NCBI GenBank assembly: GCA_951406725.2
Contig: OX597839.1
Span: 23,498,001 to 23,562,000 of the forward strand
Length of the DNA: 64,000 nt
Origin: Octopus vulgaris
Lineage: Eukaryota
Reading direction: 5' to 3'
Shown here: positions 1 through 13,500 of the stretch, in pieces
Layout of the letters: every line of letters starts with the position of its first letter
Numbering within the stretch: the stretch's first letter is position 1
The notes under the pieces: model-generated
Seen by the model: the letters and a program-made list of their open reading frames with translations, nothing else
The model's database searches: none
Told to the model about the DNA's origin: nothing
Made by a program: the position numbers and the translations under genes

Positions 1-213
1 GACTGACCGCCCCCCCCCCAAAAAAATTTCAGGCCTTGTGCCTAGAGTAAAAAAGAATATTCACATTTAATTTCAGAATCAGAATCACAACATAACCATT
101 CTTGTGATTCCTGTCAGAAACTGTCAGTAAATGAATTGCTGGAAGGGACACCATATTTCATTCTGCAACCATAATCTACTTCCAAGTATATTAGAGACTT
201 ATAAGTCAACATT

Positions 214-630
214 GTGTCTCAGCTGTATTGGCAGACATATTCTGAGCGCCTTGTTTCCCTGGGCATGGATTCACTGAAGCTCCAGCGTCTGGCGACGGAC
301 TTGGTAAACACCCACAAAGTTATCAACCACCTCACCAACAACAACACTGAACACCTTTTTGATCTCCATGTGTCCAACACACGTGGACATGCCTACAAAG
401 CCAGAAAACAACACAGCCCCCATGACTTTCGGAAACATTTTTTCACGCTCAGAGTTGCTGAAGCATGGAATAAACTGCCTGCGTCAGTTGTTGACTGCCA
501 TGACACTGCATCCTTTAAGGCCCTCATACTTTCCGAAATCCGCCGAAACTACACCTGATTATATATACACTTCAGATGAGTTGTAGTGCACCTGAGCACT
601 GTACACAATTATTATTATTATTATTATAAT
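214..630 (+). mobile_element. CR1-clade LINE 3' fragment (ORF2 C-terminus, 3' UTR, (ATT)n tail)
   Basis: Translation YSERL..LG..SL..RL..DL...TRGHAYK...FFTLRVAEAWNKLPASVV is the typical CR1 ORF2 C-terminus; ends in ATT repeats; near-identical copy at ~41800-42100. Confidence 0.85.
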
Positions 631-759
631 TATTCAATCAGTTTTTCAAATTATTTCTACAGATTCTCTACAGAAACTAGAGACAACACTGAAAGGTGTG
701 AGGTTTTGTATACAATTACATCTTTGCAAATAATGGAATCAACTGTAGAAAAATACAAG

Positions 760-883
760 AAGGGGGTGCTAAAAAGTTTCTGGCTTTAAGGGTGTCAAGA
801 AAGTTGTGGTTGGAGGCCCAACAAGGGGGTGCTAAAAAGTTTCTGGCTTTAAGGGTGTCAAGAAAGTTGTGGTTGGAGGCCCA
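760..883. repeat. 63-bp-period tandem duplication within a probable mariner-type terminal sequence
   Basis: aagggggtgctaaaaagtttctggctttaagggtgtcaagaaagttgtggttggaggccca at 760-820 and 823-883; related diverged end near 1024. Confidence 0.75.
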
Positions 884-1102
884 GCCTTCTGAGTTCTTTT
901 ACAGGACTTAGAAAAACTGAAGGACCACTGTAATATGTGTGTGAATCTGAGAGGGGAATTTGTTGACTAAAATCATAATTAATTGATGTTCAGCATCCCC
1001 TCATATAAATGTATGTATTTATAAACGAGGAGTGCAGAAAAGTTCATGACTTTAAGGGTATCATGAAAGGCCTGGTGACAGACCCAACACCACCACCATC
1101 AC

Positions 1103-1321
1103 CTATTTCTTTACTACCCACAAGGGGCTAAACACAGAGGGGACAAACAAACGGATTAAGTCGATTATATCGACCCCAGTGCATAACTGGTCCTTAATTT
1201 ATCGACCCCGAAAGGATGAAAGGCAAAGTCGACCTCGGCGGAACTTGAACTCAGAACGTAACGGCAGACGAAATACCGCTAAGCATTTCGCCCAGCGCGC
1301 TAACGTTTCTGCCAGCTCGCC
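1103..1321 (-). mobile_element. SINE family B (tRNA-like head, Meta-domain-like core)
   Basis: Head ggcgagctggcagaaacgttag..gagttcaagttcc and core gcctttcatcctttcggggtcgataaattaag; multicopy in window. Confidence 0.85.
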
Positions 1322-1443
1322 ACCAACACCACCACCAACACCACCATCATCATCACCATAGCACAGTAGCTTTCACATCCCACAACCAACACCACCACCA
1401 ACACCATCATCACCAACACAACCACCAACACCACCACCACCAA

Positions 1444-2040
1444 CACCAACACCACCATCACTACCACAACCACCACCACCACCACCAAGCTTCTCTAACT
1501 TACAAACCAAGCATGGGCAACCTTTTATGGCATGGGCCATGTCTCATGATCAGAAGGATTGCACTACTACAAACATTCTAGATTTTCATTTAAGCGTGTC
1601 CTTTAGGTGTGTCCTGCAGGTAACCGTTTGCCTGTGACTAGTCTAAACTTAAACGCTTCACCCACAAGCCCACTTATACTTTCCTAACCACCTCCCTAAC
1701 CAAACCCTAACTCTCTACTGTAGCTACTACTCTAACCCATGCCCCAACCACCACACCAACACCACCATCACTACCACAACCACCACCACCAAGCTTCTCT
1801 AACTTACAAACCAAGCAGGGCCAACCTTTTATGGCATGAGCCATGTCTCATGATCAGAAGCATTGCACTGCTACAAACATTCTAGATTTTCATTTGAGCG
1901 TGTCCTTTAGGTGTGTCCTGCAGGTAACTGTTTGCCTGTGACTAGTCTAAACTTAAACGCTTCACCCACAAGCCCACCTCCCTAACCAAACCCTAACTCT
2001 CTACTGTAGCTACTACCCTAACCCATGCCCCAACCACCAC
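1444..2040. repeat. ~310-bp direct tandem duplication
   Basis: 1444-1753 repeated at 1754-2040 with a few substitutions and an ~18-bp deletion; junctions lie in (CAC)n tracts. Confidence 0.85.
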
Positions 2041-2314
2041 TCCAACCCACAGCGATTTCAGCTATCATTCGGCTTTGGTCTTTGGCCTGATGAGGACTTC
2101 ATTTCACTGACCAGTAATGGAGACGTTAAGCATTTTATGCAGGCTTGCTCCGGACAAACAACAATGAAAACATGAATAAATATATGAGCCTTTTTTGTCA
2201 TGATGACCAAGATTAAGAGTTTTAACAATCTAAAATGGTTTAGAATGGGATACAAGGGTAGCTGTGTAGATATATTTATTCGTGTCTTATACCCAGAAAT
2301 ATAGAGGTAGATCA

Positions 2315-2727
2315 CTGCCAGAGCAGCTGTCTGGCTTCCGTGCCTGTGGCACCTAAAAAGCACCATTTGAGTGTGATCGTTACCAGCATTGCCTTACTGG
2401 CACTTGTGCCGGTGGCCCATGAACAAAACATTCGAGCGAGGTTGTTGCTAGTGTCGATGGACTGGCTCCTGTGCAGGTGGCACATAAAAAACACCATTTG
2501 AGCATGGTTGTTGCCAGTACCTCCTGACTAACTCTCGTGCCGGTGGCATGTAAAAGCACCCACTACACTCTCGGAGTGGTTGGCATTAGGAAGGACATCC
2601 AGCTGTAGAAACTCTGCCAGATCAGATTGGAACCTGGTGCAGCCATCTGGTTCGCCAGTCCTCAGTCAAATCGTCCAACCCATGCCAGCATGGAAAGCGG
2701 ACATTAAATGATGATGATGGTGATGAT
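2315..2727 (+). mobile_element. RTE LINE 3' UTR-derived repeat (family C) with (GAT)n tail
   Basis: Ends ccaacccatgccagcatggaaagcggacattaaatgatgatg; internal sub-repeats of gtggcacataaaaa..cacc; ~15 copies in window. Confidence 0.8.
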
Positions 2728-2893
2728 GTGTAAACCTATTCAATGGTGTCCTATATATGCTCAGAAATATAGGGTTAGTTAGTTCTCTCTGTACCATGAG
2801 ACACAGAAGGTTGCAACACAATCTCTCCAACTAGCTTTGTTTTCTGCCACTGTTCAGGTCTCATTCCAGCTTACCCACCCTTCTTGTTTCTTT

Positions 2894-3215
2894 CGATTCC
2901 CAGACCAGGCGTTGTGAGTGTTTATTGAGCGAAAACACCTAAAAGTTCCGCGAGGCTCCGGCAGGGGGTGGTGGTGATCTGTGCTGTACTCTTTCACCAC
3001 AACTTTCTCTCACTCTTACTTCCTGTTTCTGTTGTACCTGTATTTCAAAGGGCCGGCCTTGTCACTCTCTGTGTCACACTGAATATCCCCGAGAACTACG
3101 TTAAGGGTACACGTGTCTGTGGAGTGCTCAGCCACTTACACGTTAATTTCACGAGCAGGCTGTTCCGTTGATTCGGATCAACCGGAACCCTCATCGTCGG
3201 AACCGACGGAGTGCT
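2894..3215 (+). mobile_element. SINE family D fragment
   Basis: Shares its 5' body with the tRNA-headed SINE at 17512 and its 3' part with 55125-55300 (minus) and ~8625-8720. Confidence 0.65.
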
Positions 3216-3339
3216 TCCCCTTCTTGTTTCCTTTCTTTGCTAATGGTCTTTCACAGTGTGGTTTTAGGGTGCCCCTGCCGCTTTTTTCCCTTCAAGCTGC
3301 CAGTTTTGTGTCACTACACAATTGCACTATCGGTTCACT

Positions 3340-3945
3340 GGTGTCCTATATATACCCAGAAGTATAGGGTAGCCATATAAATATATTCCCTGGTGTCCTA
3401 GAAATATAGGGTAACCATATAAATATATTCCCTGGTGTCCTAGAAATATAGGGTAACCATATAAATATATTCCCTGGTGTCCTAGAAATATAGGGTAACC
3501 GTATAAATATATTCCCTGGTGTCCTAGAAATATAGGGTAACCATATAAATATATTCCCTGGTGTCCTAGAAATATAGGGTAACCGTATAAATATATTCAC
3601 TGGTGTCCTAGAAATATAGGGTAACCATATAAATATATTCCCTGGTGTCCTAGAAATATAGGGTAACCGTTATAAATATATTCACTGGTGTCCTAGAAAT
3701 ATAGGGTAACCGTATAAATATATTCCCTGGTGTCCTAGAAATATAGGGTAACCATATAAATATATTCCCTGGTATCCTAGAAATATAGGGTAACCGTATA
3801 AATATATTCACTGGTGTCCTAGAAATATAGGGTAACCATATAAATATATTCCCTGATGTCCTAGAAATATAGGGTAACCGTATAAATATATTCCCTGGTG
3901 TCCTAGAAATATAGGGTAACCGTATAAATATATTCCCTGGTGTCT
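3340..3945. repeat. 42-bp minisatellite, ~14 copies
   Basis: Unit tagaaatatagggtaaccRtataaatatattcMctggtgtcc; gives the 14-aa NIFIWLPYISRTPG periodicity in the ORF track. Confidence 0.95.
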
Positions 3946-5184
3946 TATGTATGCCCAGAATTACAAAGGTTGCTATGTTAACATATTTACTGATTTCCTG
4001 CATTATACCATTGTATTTAGAAACCATTCATTATCATTTCATCACTGAACAGTGACACCCCCTCTCTCTCTTTACAGAACAACTTCATTCTCCAGAGGTT
4101 CCTGGCAACATAGCCTGCCACTCCAACCAGGCCTCTATACCTCTCTGCTTTGCTAATGGTTTACTCTCTCTCTCTCCTTTCATAAAATCTTTCATACAAA
4201 TGTTAAACTTTGCATAGAGTACCTGTGATCATTCTGAACACAGGTACCTTATGGAATTCCAGTCCCTCCCATGGATTCTAATCCCCAAAATTCCTTATAC
4301 TTTAATTACTATCTTTTGCTACTGATTATAATTTTTTTAGAATCCACACAAATTATGGACATTGTTCCTTTAACTCAACAAAAAAAAAAAAGGAAAAGAG
4401 AAGAGAAGAAAGGAAACACAATCTACAAAAAGTTCTGGCTGTGTCTGCTGCAATGGATACATTTAATGACAGAAGACTAAAAGACACCATTCTAAGAGGA
4501 AACGGTAAAGTTTAGGTGAAGTCGTAGTTGAAGAATACAAAAAAGTCTCTCTTTTTTTTCTTGAAAGAAAAAAAAAAAAGAATGGTAAATTTTAGTTTTT
4601 CAAAAGTAAATTATTTTAAAGAATCCAGTCAACCAACAAATAAATAAAATATTCCAAAGACAGACGTTGACTAATTCTTTGACGTATATCAAAATGGTGA
4701 CTGTCCTCTTGGAATAGTATTAACTTAATTTCTTGCGTAGACATATCAGATTGTTATTTTTCTTTACATTCTTTAAACCAAAATGATCTCCAGAACTTGA
4801 AGAACTTTGGCATTCAAGGAAATGCTTCAGCTCCTGCTGGGATCTAAAGACGAAATTCAGTTGATTAGTTTAGCCTAAGGAATGGCATCTATGAGGTAAC
4901 GAAGGGACTAATTGAAGCTCTACAGAAAAGCTGAATACATTCATAGAGAATAACTACCCCTTTTATGTCTAATTAGCAGAATTGGGTCCATTATGGCTGC
5001 CATAGAATCACAAAGATGTTTACTCTGTTAAAATGATGTCTTGTTAGTAATCTGTCAACTCCACCAACCAGGCGAAATTCTGCTGCCTGCCGCTACTATA
5101 GTGACCCCCACATACTAAATATGGATGATTGCTAATAAAATTTAAGCAGATGTTGGTCAGTTCTAATCCAGTTCTTCAGAAACA

Positions 5185-5220
<36 letters not shown>

Positions 5221-5351
5221 CAAGAGTCCAAGGGAACAAACAATCTCCCTTAGCATGTCTCCAACAACATTTCACCAAACCTCATCGCTTCTTTCATTTT
5301 GACATCTTTTCATCGTTAAGAAAGTAAAATATGCTCAGTCACTCCAACACA

Positions 5352-5640
5352 TGTATGTATGTATGTGTGTGTGTGTCTATGTGTGTGTGTGTGTATGAAT
5401 GTGTATGTGTGTGTGTGTATATGTGTGTGTATGTATGTATGTATGTGTGTATGTATGTATGTATGTATGTATGTGTGTGTATGTATGTATGTATGTATGT
5501 ATGTATGTGTGTGTATGTATGTATGTATGTGTGTATGTATGTATGTATGTGTGTGTGTGTGTGTATGTGTGTATGTATGTATGTATGTGTGTGTGTATGT
5601 ATGAATGTATGCATATATATATGTGTGTGTGTGTATATAT
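5352..5640. repeat. Compound (TATG)n/(TG)n microsatellite
   Basis: Direct inspection. Confidence 0.95.
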
Positions 5641-5679
5641 ATTTCTTCTTTGTCTTTTCTTTTTAGTTGAGTTATAAGA

Positions 5680-5880
5680 ACATTTGCCATGTTGGACCAC
5701 TGAACTACAGGTTTTTTTCATTCTCTCTCCGTTTATTTGTTCTCATCCTTTCCTGTTGAAGAGCGTAGGCTTGAAACATAAAAGACCTTTTTTCATTTTT
5801 CCAGAGTGTCAAACTAATACACTTGCTTGTCATTCCTACACTTGTATTCGTCTTATGTTTTTCTAAAAATTTCAACTATA
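5680..5880 (+). mobile_element. ~200-bp non-autonomous element (family H) with minimal hammerhead-like motif, probably Penelope-derived
   Basis: Motif cctgttgaagagcgtaggcttgaaacataaaag at 5748-5786; homologous copies at 16047, 43480 and 59298. Confidence 0.6.
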
Positions 5881-6374
5881 AGTTATGGGGACGTAAACAC
5901 ACCAACACTGGTTATCAAGCAGTGATGGCGGGGGGACAGGAACAGGATCGGCTGTATGGTAAGAAGCTTGCTTCCCAACCACATGGCATCTTGGGTAAGT
6001 GTCTCAGGACAACCAAAGCCTTGTGAGTGGATTTGGTAGATGGAAACTGAAAGAAGACCATCATATATATATATATACGTATTTGTGTGTCTGTGTTTGT
6101 CCCCCCCACAATCGCTTAACAACCAATATTGGTGTGTTTATGTCCCTGTAACTTAGCAGTTCAGCAAAACAGACCGATAGAATAAGTACTAGGCTTACCA
6201 AATCTACTGAGAAGGCTTTGGTCGGCCTGAGGCTATAGTAGAAGACATTTGGCCTAGATGCCATGCAGTGGGACTGAACCCATAGACATGTGGTTGGGAA
6301 ACAAGCTTCTTACCACACAGCCACTCCTGTGCCTATAAATTATTTATGCCAAACTCACCTCCAGAATACATATT

Positions 6375-6503
6375 CCACGGGTTCAGTCCCACTGCGTGGC
6401 ACCTTGGGCAAGTGTCTTCTACTATAGCCTTGGGCCGACCAAAGCCTTGTGAGTGGATTTGGTAGACGGAAACTGAAAGAAGCCTGTCGTATATATGTAT
6501 GTG

Positions 6504-6542
<39 letters not shown>

Positions 6543-6740
6543 TTGTCCCCCTAGCATTGCTTGACAACCAATGCTGGTGTGTTTACGTCCCCGTCACTTA
6601 GCGGTTTGGTAAAAAGGAGCCCGATAGTATAAGTACTAGGCTTACAATGAATAAGTCCTGGGGTCGATTTGCTCGACTAAAGGTAGTGCTCCAGCATGGC
6701 CACAGTCAAATGACTGAAACAAGTAAAAGAGTAAAAGAGT
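6375..6740 (+). mobile_element. SINE family A (tRNA head, CORE-like domain, internal microsatellite), 5'-truncated
   Basis: B-box-like gggttcagtccc, CORE-like gtggcaccttgggcaagtgtctt, tail ggtgctccagcatggcc..gaaacaagtaaaagagtaaaagag; partial copies adjacent at 5940-6333. Confidence 0.85.
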
Positions 6741-7206
6741 AATATAAATCCAATCCAATCCAATCCAATCCAATCCATCCATCCATCCACCCACCCACCC
6801 ACCTACCTACCTACCTACCCACCTACCTACCTGTGTGTGTGTGTGTGTGTGTGTGTACATAATTCACATGTTTATGATCTGTTCACATCAACCACTAGAA
6901 TATAATTTTGTATCTTTCTTTATAAAGTTATCTTGATGCTGCAATATGGAATGCCCTGCCAGAAAGCTCAAAGACACGGTGAGTTCTTTGTATTTCTCTC
7001 TGCTTCTTGGTCGTCCACACCATTTTCGTGGGTTTCCAGTCCACAGAAACATTAACCAAACTGCTTCACTAAACACACAAACATATTTCTAATCACTGAT
7101 CTCTAATGAAAGGAAACAATATCCAGACTTCCCTTCTTCTCTTGGCATTGTCATATGATGCTAACACCTTCCATGTTTGATGTTTCTTACATGAGTTTGC
7201 TATGGT

Positions 7207-7480
7207 CATCATCATCATCATTGTTCGACCGTGGTCGAGACAATGGAATTTACCATGCTACGCCAGACTTCACGGTCCATCAAGGTATTACGGAGGTCCT
7301 GTTGCTGGATGCCTGTATCCCTGGAGATTACATCAGGGCAGGAGAGTGTGCGCCCTCTGGTATTGCAAGTAGATGGCTTCCAGAGGAGAAGAGTAGAAAT
7401 TACCTCTTTTTCAGCTCTACAACAATGTCCAGCAAACTGGACTCTCCTACCTTTCACAAGAGATGACACAGGTGGTAGTT
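7207..7480 (-). mobile_element. RTE LINE 3' fragment
   Basis: RRVQFAGHCCR....LLLWKP....GR......D.I..DTG.....L...MDREVWR is an RTE ORF C-terminus, followed by (TGA)n. Confidence 0.85.
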
Positions 7481-7831
7481 TCCCATATATTTGCATTTCA
7501 GCTTTCCCTTTCGTCCTTCAAGATTGATAAAATAAGTACCAGTTATATACTGGGGTTGGTGTAACTGACTTACATCCTCCTTTGATATTACTGGCCATGT
7601 TCCAAAATTTGAAACTGGTATTTCTAACCCAATTCCTGCAGACACGGATTAGCTTGCCCCAACCTCTCGCTATCTTATATGATCTAAAAATTAAGGTTCT
7701 TTTTTTTTTTTTTTTTAGGGAGGGATGAAATCCAATTTCAAACAAAATATAACACTATTCTCAAACATCATTGATGTGTGTGTGTGTGTAACTAGTGGTG
7801 GGTATATATGTATATATATATACCCAGGTGA

Positions 7832-8058
7832 GGCGGTGAGCTGGCAGACATGTTAGCGCGCCGGGCGAAATGCTTAGCGGTATTTCGTGTGTCGTTACGT
7901 TCTGAGTTCAAATTCCGCCGAGGTCAACTTTGCCTTTCATCCTTTCAGGGTCGATAAATAAAGTACCAGTTTCGCACTGGGGTCGATATAATCGACTCAA
8001 TCCCTCGTCCGTCCTTGTTTGTCCCCTCTATGTTTAGCCCCATCTGGGCAGTAAAGAA
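7832..8058 (+). mobile_element. SINE family B, full length
   Basis: Same head, core and tail as 1103-1321; flanked by repeated tatatatacccaggt (TSD-like). Confidence 0.85.
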
Positions 8059-9134
8059 ATATATATATACCCAGGTCCTGTGCATGGGAACCTTCTCCAG
8101 CACAGACTCAATTCTATACAATCTTAGAGGGCCTGTACCCTGCCCTGCTGCGAAGTAGATTAATGGAACCATGGCCATCCACGACTAGATTTGGAATCAA
8201 CACAGGATTGGTTCCTGTTGCCCTTTGTAATTGTGTGTGTCTTGCTGTGGTCTGCCCTTGGGCAGGTCCTTCCCCAGCACAATCTCTATACGACCAGTAT
8301 CTTCCCTGCCCTTGTTCAGTGGGTTACTGCAACTGTGGCCACTCATAACTAGACTTGGGATGAATGCTGGAGTGGTTCCCCATTGCCTTCCCTTGGCAAG
8401 TGGGATTTGAACTCAGAACGTAGAGAACGGGAAGATATACCGTAAAGCACTTCTGCCAATGCACTAAAGTTTCTTTTGCACTCTCCTGCTCATGAAGCAA
8501 TGAGAAATGAAGTGTCTTGCTCAAGAACACAATGCAAAAATAATTGAGAACCACAACAGTGGATGGACAGATATCTTAGATATCTATACAAGTTTCAATC
8601 ATGAGGATACAGTTGAGAATTACCTGCTCATTTGCATAATGGTGGCTGAGTACTCCATAGACAATCTATACATATAAAGTAATTCTCTGGTAGAATCAGT
8701 ATTGACACACTACATGATAAAGGCTTTATTTTTTTAATTACTCATGCTGTCCATCCAAAAGGTTTCAGTACAGTTTCCAGGTACCCAACTCCGTTCGCAA
8801 GGTTTGAGGTCCAGCTGAGGTTATTCTCATGGCCAAATACACTTTCTCGAAATTCCATGCAGTAGGATCAAAACAGGGACCCTGCGATTGTCAAGCGCAC
8901 GTCTTAACCGTTCAGAAGTACGGCACCCACACTCACATACCGTTCACACACAGATACATACACACTGCCACCGCCATCACCACCACTACCACTGCTGGCA
9001 CCACTACCACAACCACTACCCAAACAACAACAACAGCATCACCATCAAGACAACAATATCACAGCTGACAAAACCACCAATGGACCTGCTGGGCAATAAT
9101 GAATATTAAGTCTTTTTCCATAATGGACACATAA

Positions 9135-9406
9135 CATTATATATATATATACACACATCACACACACACACACTATATATACATAAATACTTTATATATA
9201 TATATATATATACATAAATACTTTTATATATTTATATATACATATATATACATAAATACTTTATATATATTATATACACACATACTTGTGTGTGTGTGTG
9301 TCAGTATATATATATATATGTATATCATCATCATCGTTTAACGTCTGTTAAACGATGATGATGTTATACATATATATATATATATACTGACACACACACA
9401 CATGTA

Positions 9407-9482
<76 letters not shown>

Positions 9483-10101
9483 TACATACATACATACATA
9501 TATACATACATATATACATACATACATACATACATACATACATACATACATACATACATACATACATACATGCATACATCTACAAATGTGTGTGTGTATG
9601 AACTCAAGAAAAGTTTTCAAACTTTCCTGTCTGTTGGCAAAACATACTGGAATGATCTTTGATGCTTACCTGTAATCATCCACCTCATTACAGGTAAGAC
9701 ATCTCAGTAACTGCTGGACAAAATTCAGTGCATATCAAAGACTGAAGACCAGAATGTATTGGAATTCCAGAGAAATACAGCAAATATTTATAAATATGAT
9801 GGCAGATGTACCGTTAGTCTGTCTGCTGGAATGGTCATGTGGATTTAGCTTTAGAGAATGGCAATACACAGAATAGCGGCAATCTCAATATGGAACTCCA
9901 TACATCTATTTATTTAATTACTTTTATCATTCTCAGAACTTACTGTTGGGTTCTTCTTTTTTTTTTTTGTTTCTCTCTCTTGAAGACAGTTTTCTGCCAT
10001 GAGAACATTACACACACACACACACACATGTTGTTTTCTTTCTGTTCTACCTTTGATTTATATGTATGTATGTATATGTTTGCGTGTGTGTGTGTATGTG
10101 C

Positions 10102-10139
<38 letters not shown>

Positions 10140-10182
10140 ATATGTATGTATATGTGTGTATATATATATATATGTATGTATA

Positions 10183-10213
<31 letters not shown>

Positions 10214-10496
10214 GTGTATATATATATATATGCGTGTATATATGTATGCGTATATATATATATGTGTGTGTGTATATATATATGTGTGTGTATATATATG
10301 TTTGTGTATATATACATGTATGAGTGTGTATATATATATATGTATGTATGTATGTATGTATGAATATATATATACATATATATATGTATATATATATGTA
10401 TGTATGTATGTATGTATATATATGTATATATATATATGTAGGTATATATGTGTGTGCATATATATGTATATATATATGTGTGTGTATGTATATGTG

Positions 10497-10527
<31 letters not shown>
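9135..10527. repeat. TA/CA/CATA microsatellite cluster (9135-9600, 10060-10527)
   Basis: Direct inspection. Confidence 0.9.
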
Positions 10528-10528
10528 A

Positions 10529-13500
10529 TTACTCTTTTACTCATTTCAGCCATGCAGCTGTGGTCATGCTGGAGCACCACCATGATTTTTCTGGCTTCCT
10601 CAGTGTGGGTGTTTCACACCACCATTCCTGTATGTGCCTTTGTCCCTGCTGTTGGCCCTTTTGGTGTATAAGGGAGTTTGATTCTGCTGCCCCTCATCTG
10701 TACCTCATGTCGGGCTGTTGGCTCATCCAGTATTGTGGAGAGGAGGATGTCTTGTTCCTTTTTGAAGACATCTACTTCCACCTTAAGCAAATTTCTTAAT
10801 TTTTTTGGCAGGGCATTGAAGGGCTGTGGACCTTTGAACCCTAGACTATTGCAGTACCTGGTCCTGAATTTAGAAGGAATGGATGGTACCTTTGGTACAA
10901 TGCAATGGGGGCCAGTTCTGGCATTTGTGTAACACTCAATTCCAAAGTTCGATTCTAGCCCTTCTAGGATTTTTCCATATGTATATTATTGCGTATCTCT
11001 CCCGCCTTCACTCCAGGGAGTAAAGCTGTAGTTTTCTCAGCCTCTCCCTCTGTAGCTCATCCACTGCACTGCTTCAATCTTTTTAGTGCAGTGGCTGCTT
11101 GGACTGCTTCAAGCTCCACTGTTAGTTTGGCACTGTGTGATGACCATAACTGGGAGCAGTAGTCCAGGCGGCTGAGAACAAAGGTTCTCCACAGGGTCAA
11201 CATAGTCTCTTGGTCTCTTGTCTTGAAGGACCTCAGTATTCATCCTGCCAGCTGTCTGCACTTTGCTGCCGTCTTGCTTATGTGCATACAAAATGATGCA
11301 GCATTGCACATACGGACCCCTAAGTCTTCTACTGCCTGTGACTCTAGGATTGTAGTGCCTTCGGGTCCTGTAAATGTAGATTGTACTATATTTGTGAGCT
11401 GATAACACAGTGTTTGAAATTTTCCAGCATTAAACTGCATGTTGTTTATTTCGGCCCACTTGTAGATTGAATTCAGGTCCCGCTGTAATCTTGTGATGTC
11501 ATCTTGGTTTTTTACTGCCTGTGATACAGGTTTTTTACTGCTTGTATCATCAGCATAGCTAGTGACAGTGGCTGTCCAAGTGACCGTGGGCATGTCTAAG
11601 AGAGCTATTATGAACAGTAAATGGTCCCAGAACAGTTCCCTGGGGACACCACTTAGGATTTGAGTTTCCTCAGCAAGGGCACCATTGGCTGCAACTTCCT
11701 GACTTCTGTCTTTAAGGAAGTTATGCAGCCACTCTCCCAGTTTACCAACAATGCCAAGGTCTCGTAGCTTATGACTTACCATGCCATGATCTACCTCATC
11801 AAATGCCTTTGCAAAGCCAAAGTATATCACACTGACATCTGAATGGTCAAGCAGCTGTTTCAAAACCCAGTCATAGCGCTGTAGGAGCTGTGGGAAGCAG
11901 CTTCATCCTGGACAAAAGCTATGCTGTGTATTGTTCAGTTGGTCATTTTCTTCTGGGAACATTATCAACTTCTTTCTGATGATTCACTCCATGACTTTAC
12001 TGATACGTGAAGTCAGAGAGATTGGTCAGTAGTTTTTGGCCTCTGCTCAACTCCCACCTTTGTGGATAGGGCATATAATACCTTCTTTCAGCTTTTTAGG
12101 AAGTATACCACTTGCAAGGAAACTTTGGAAAAGTATCTGAAGTGGTTTCGCTAAAGCCTACTTACAGCCATCACGACCAGTTGCGGAACATGAACTCATT
12201 TCATCTATGGCCGCTGTTACATCTACTTCCTCAATGTTGACGTAACCGATGGCTGGTCCCTCCTTTTTTAGAGCTGCAATATCAAAGAATTCAGCTGGAT
12301 TTTTAATCGGCATGTGTCGAAGGGGGGAAGTGAAGACACTTTTAGATTGTTTGCTGAGTCTCTCACTTATTCTTCCTGGGTCCAATGTCAGCGAGTCATT
12401 CCCTTGAAACAATGGTCCTATTTTATATTGCATTGTGGCTGTTTCCTTTGTGAATTTATAGAAACCTTTGGGATTTGTTTTTATGCTTCCCACAGCCCTT
12501 CTCTCTCTCTCTCTGCTCTTTCCTTTTCATGAGAGAGTTTGATCTTGATTTCAATTACTAGGAGCGCCCGTGTTAAGACAGACTTCTCTTTATCCTTCAG
12601 TTGCCTATTCAGCTGCTTTGAGATCTTTGACCTGTGTCTCATGAGGATTTTTCTGTCCCTGGGAGTCTTGTTTGACAGTGCGCTGGCCCTTCTTTCTGGG
12701 ACATATTTAGTGCATATAGCTTGCACTGTTGACATAAACTGGTTGAGTTTCAGATCAATGTCTCGCATACACGGAATGTTGGACCAATTTCGTTTGTGGA
12801 TCTCTTTGTGAATTGATTCCCATTTTGCCTTATGGAAATTTAGGTTGGATAAGGCCTGAGTCCTCCTGATAGGGTAAATACCAACAGTTTCCACGGGACC
12901 ATACATAGTTAGTTCAACAGTTTTGTGATCTGAGAGTTCCGTTGGTGTCACCTTTACATTATGGATGAGGTCCACATTATTTGTGAAGCAGAGGTCCAAT
13001 ATCTTGTTCCCCCTTGTTGGCCCGAGTATCATTTGATCCATGAACAGCATATTACTAAGTTCAAGTGATGACTCTACATGCTTTTGTTCGTGCAGTGACA
13101 TCCCAGAGAGGATGTGGCCTTTTGGCCATTTGACATGTGGGAGGTTGAAATCGCCCAGGAAGAGTATGTTGCTGTTCTTCTGATCTAGGTTTGTTAATAT
13201 CTCTTCAATGTGTTTGAGGCTATCCTCAAATTTTCTGTCATATTTTGTGGTATTCGGCAGACAATATATTGTGCATAGACATACATCAGATTTTTGCCAG
13301 CCTCGTCTGGCACCTGTGTCGGTGGCACATAAAAAACACCATCCGAGCGTGGCCGTCTGCCAGCCTCGTCTGGCACCTGTGTCGGTGGCACATAAAATCA
13401 CCCACTACACTCTCGGAGTGGTTGGCGTTAGGAAGGGCATCCAGCTGTAGAAACACTGCCAGATCTGACTGGCCTGGTGTAGCCTTCGGGCTTGCCAGAC

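Noticed and set aside
1690-1740. ctaacc motifs as telomeric repeats
   Set aside because: Scattered and degenerate, not a (TTAGGG)n array.
2086-2135. CTGATGAG as a hammerhead core
   Set aside because: No properly placed GAAA with stem II, and stem I does not pair.
3340-3945. Regular 42-bp array as a CRISPR or repeat protein
   Set aside because: No unique spacers, no cas genes, eukaryotic context; head-to-tail minisatellite.
4400-4900. Possible exons in unique sequence
   Set aside because: Splice sites and open frames are inconsistent; no recognisable protein.
9665-9698. Opposed CAGGTAAG donor-like sites forming a 12-bp inverted repeat
   Set aside because: No convincing acceptor or open exon on either strand; could be chance.
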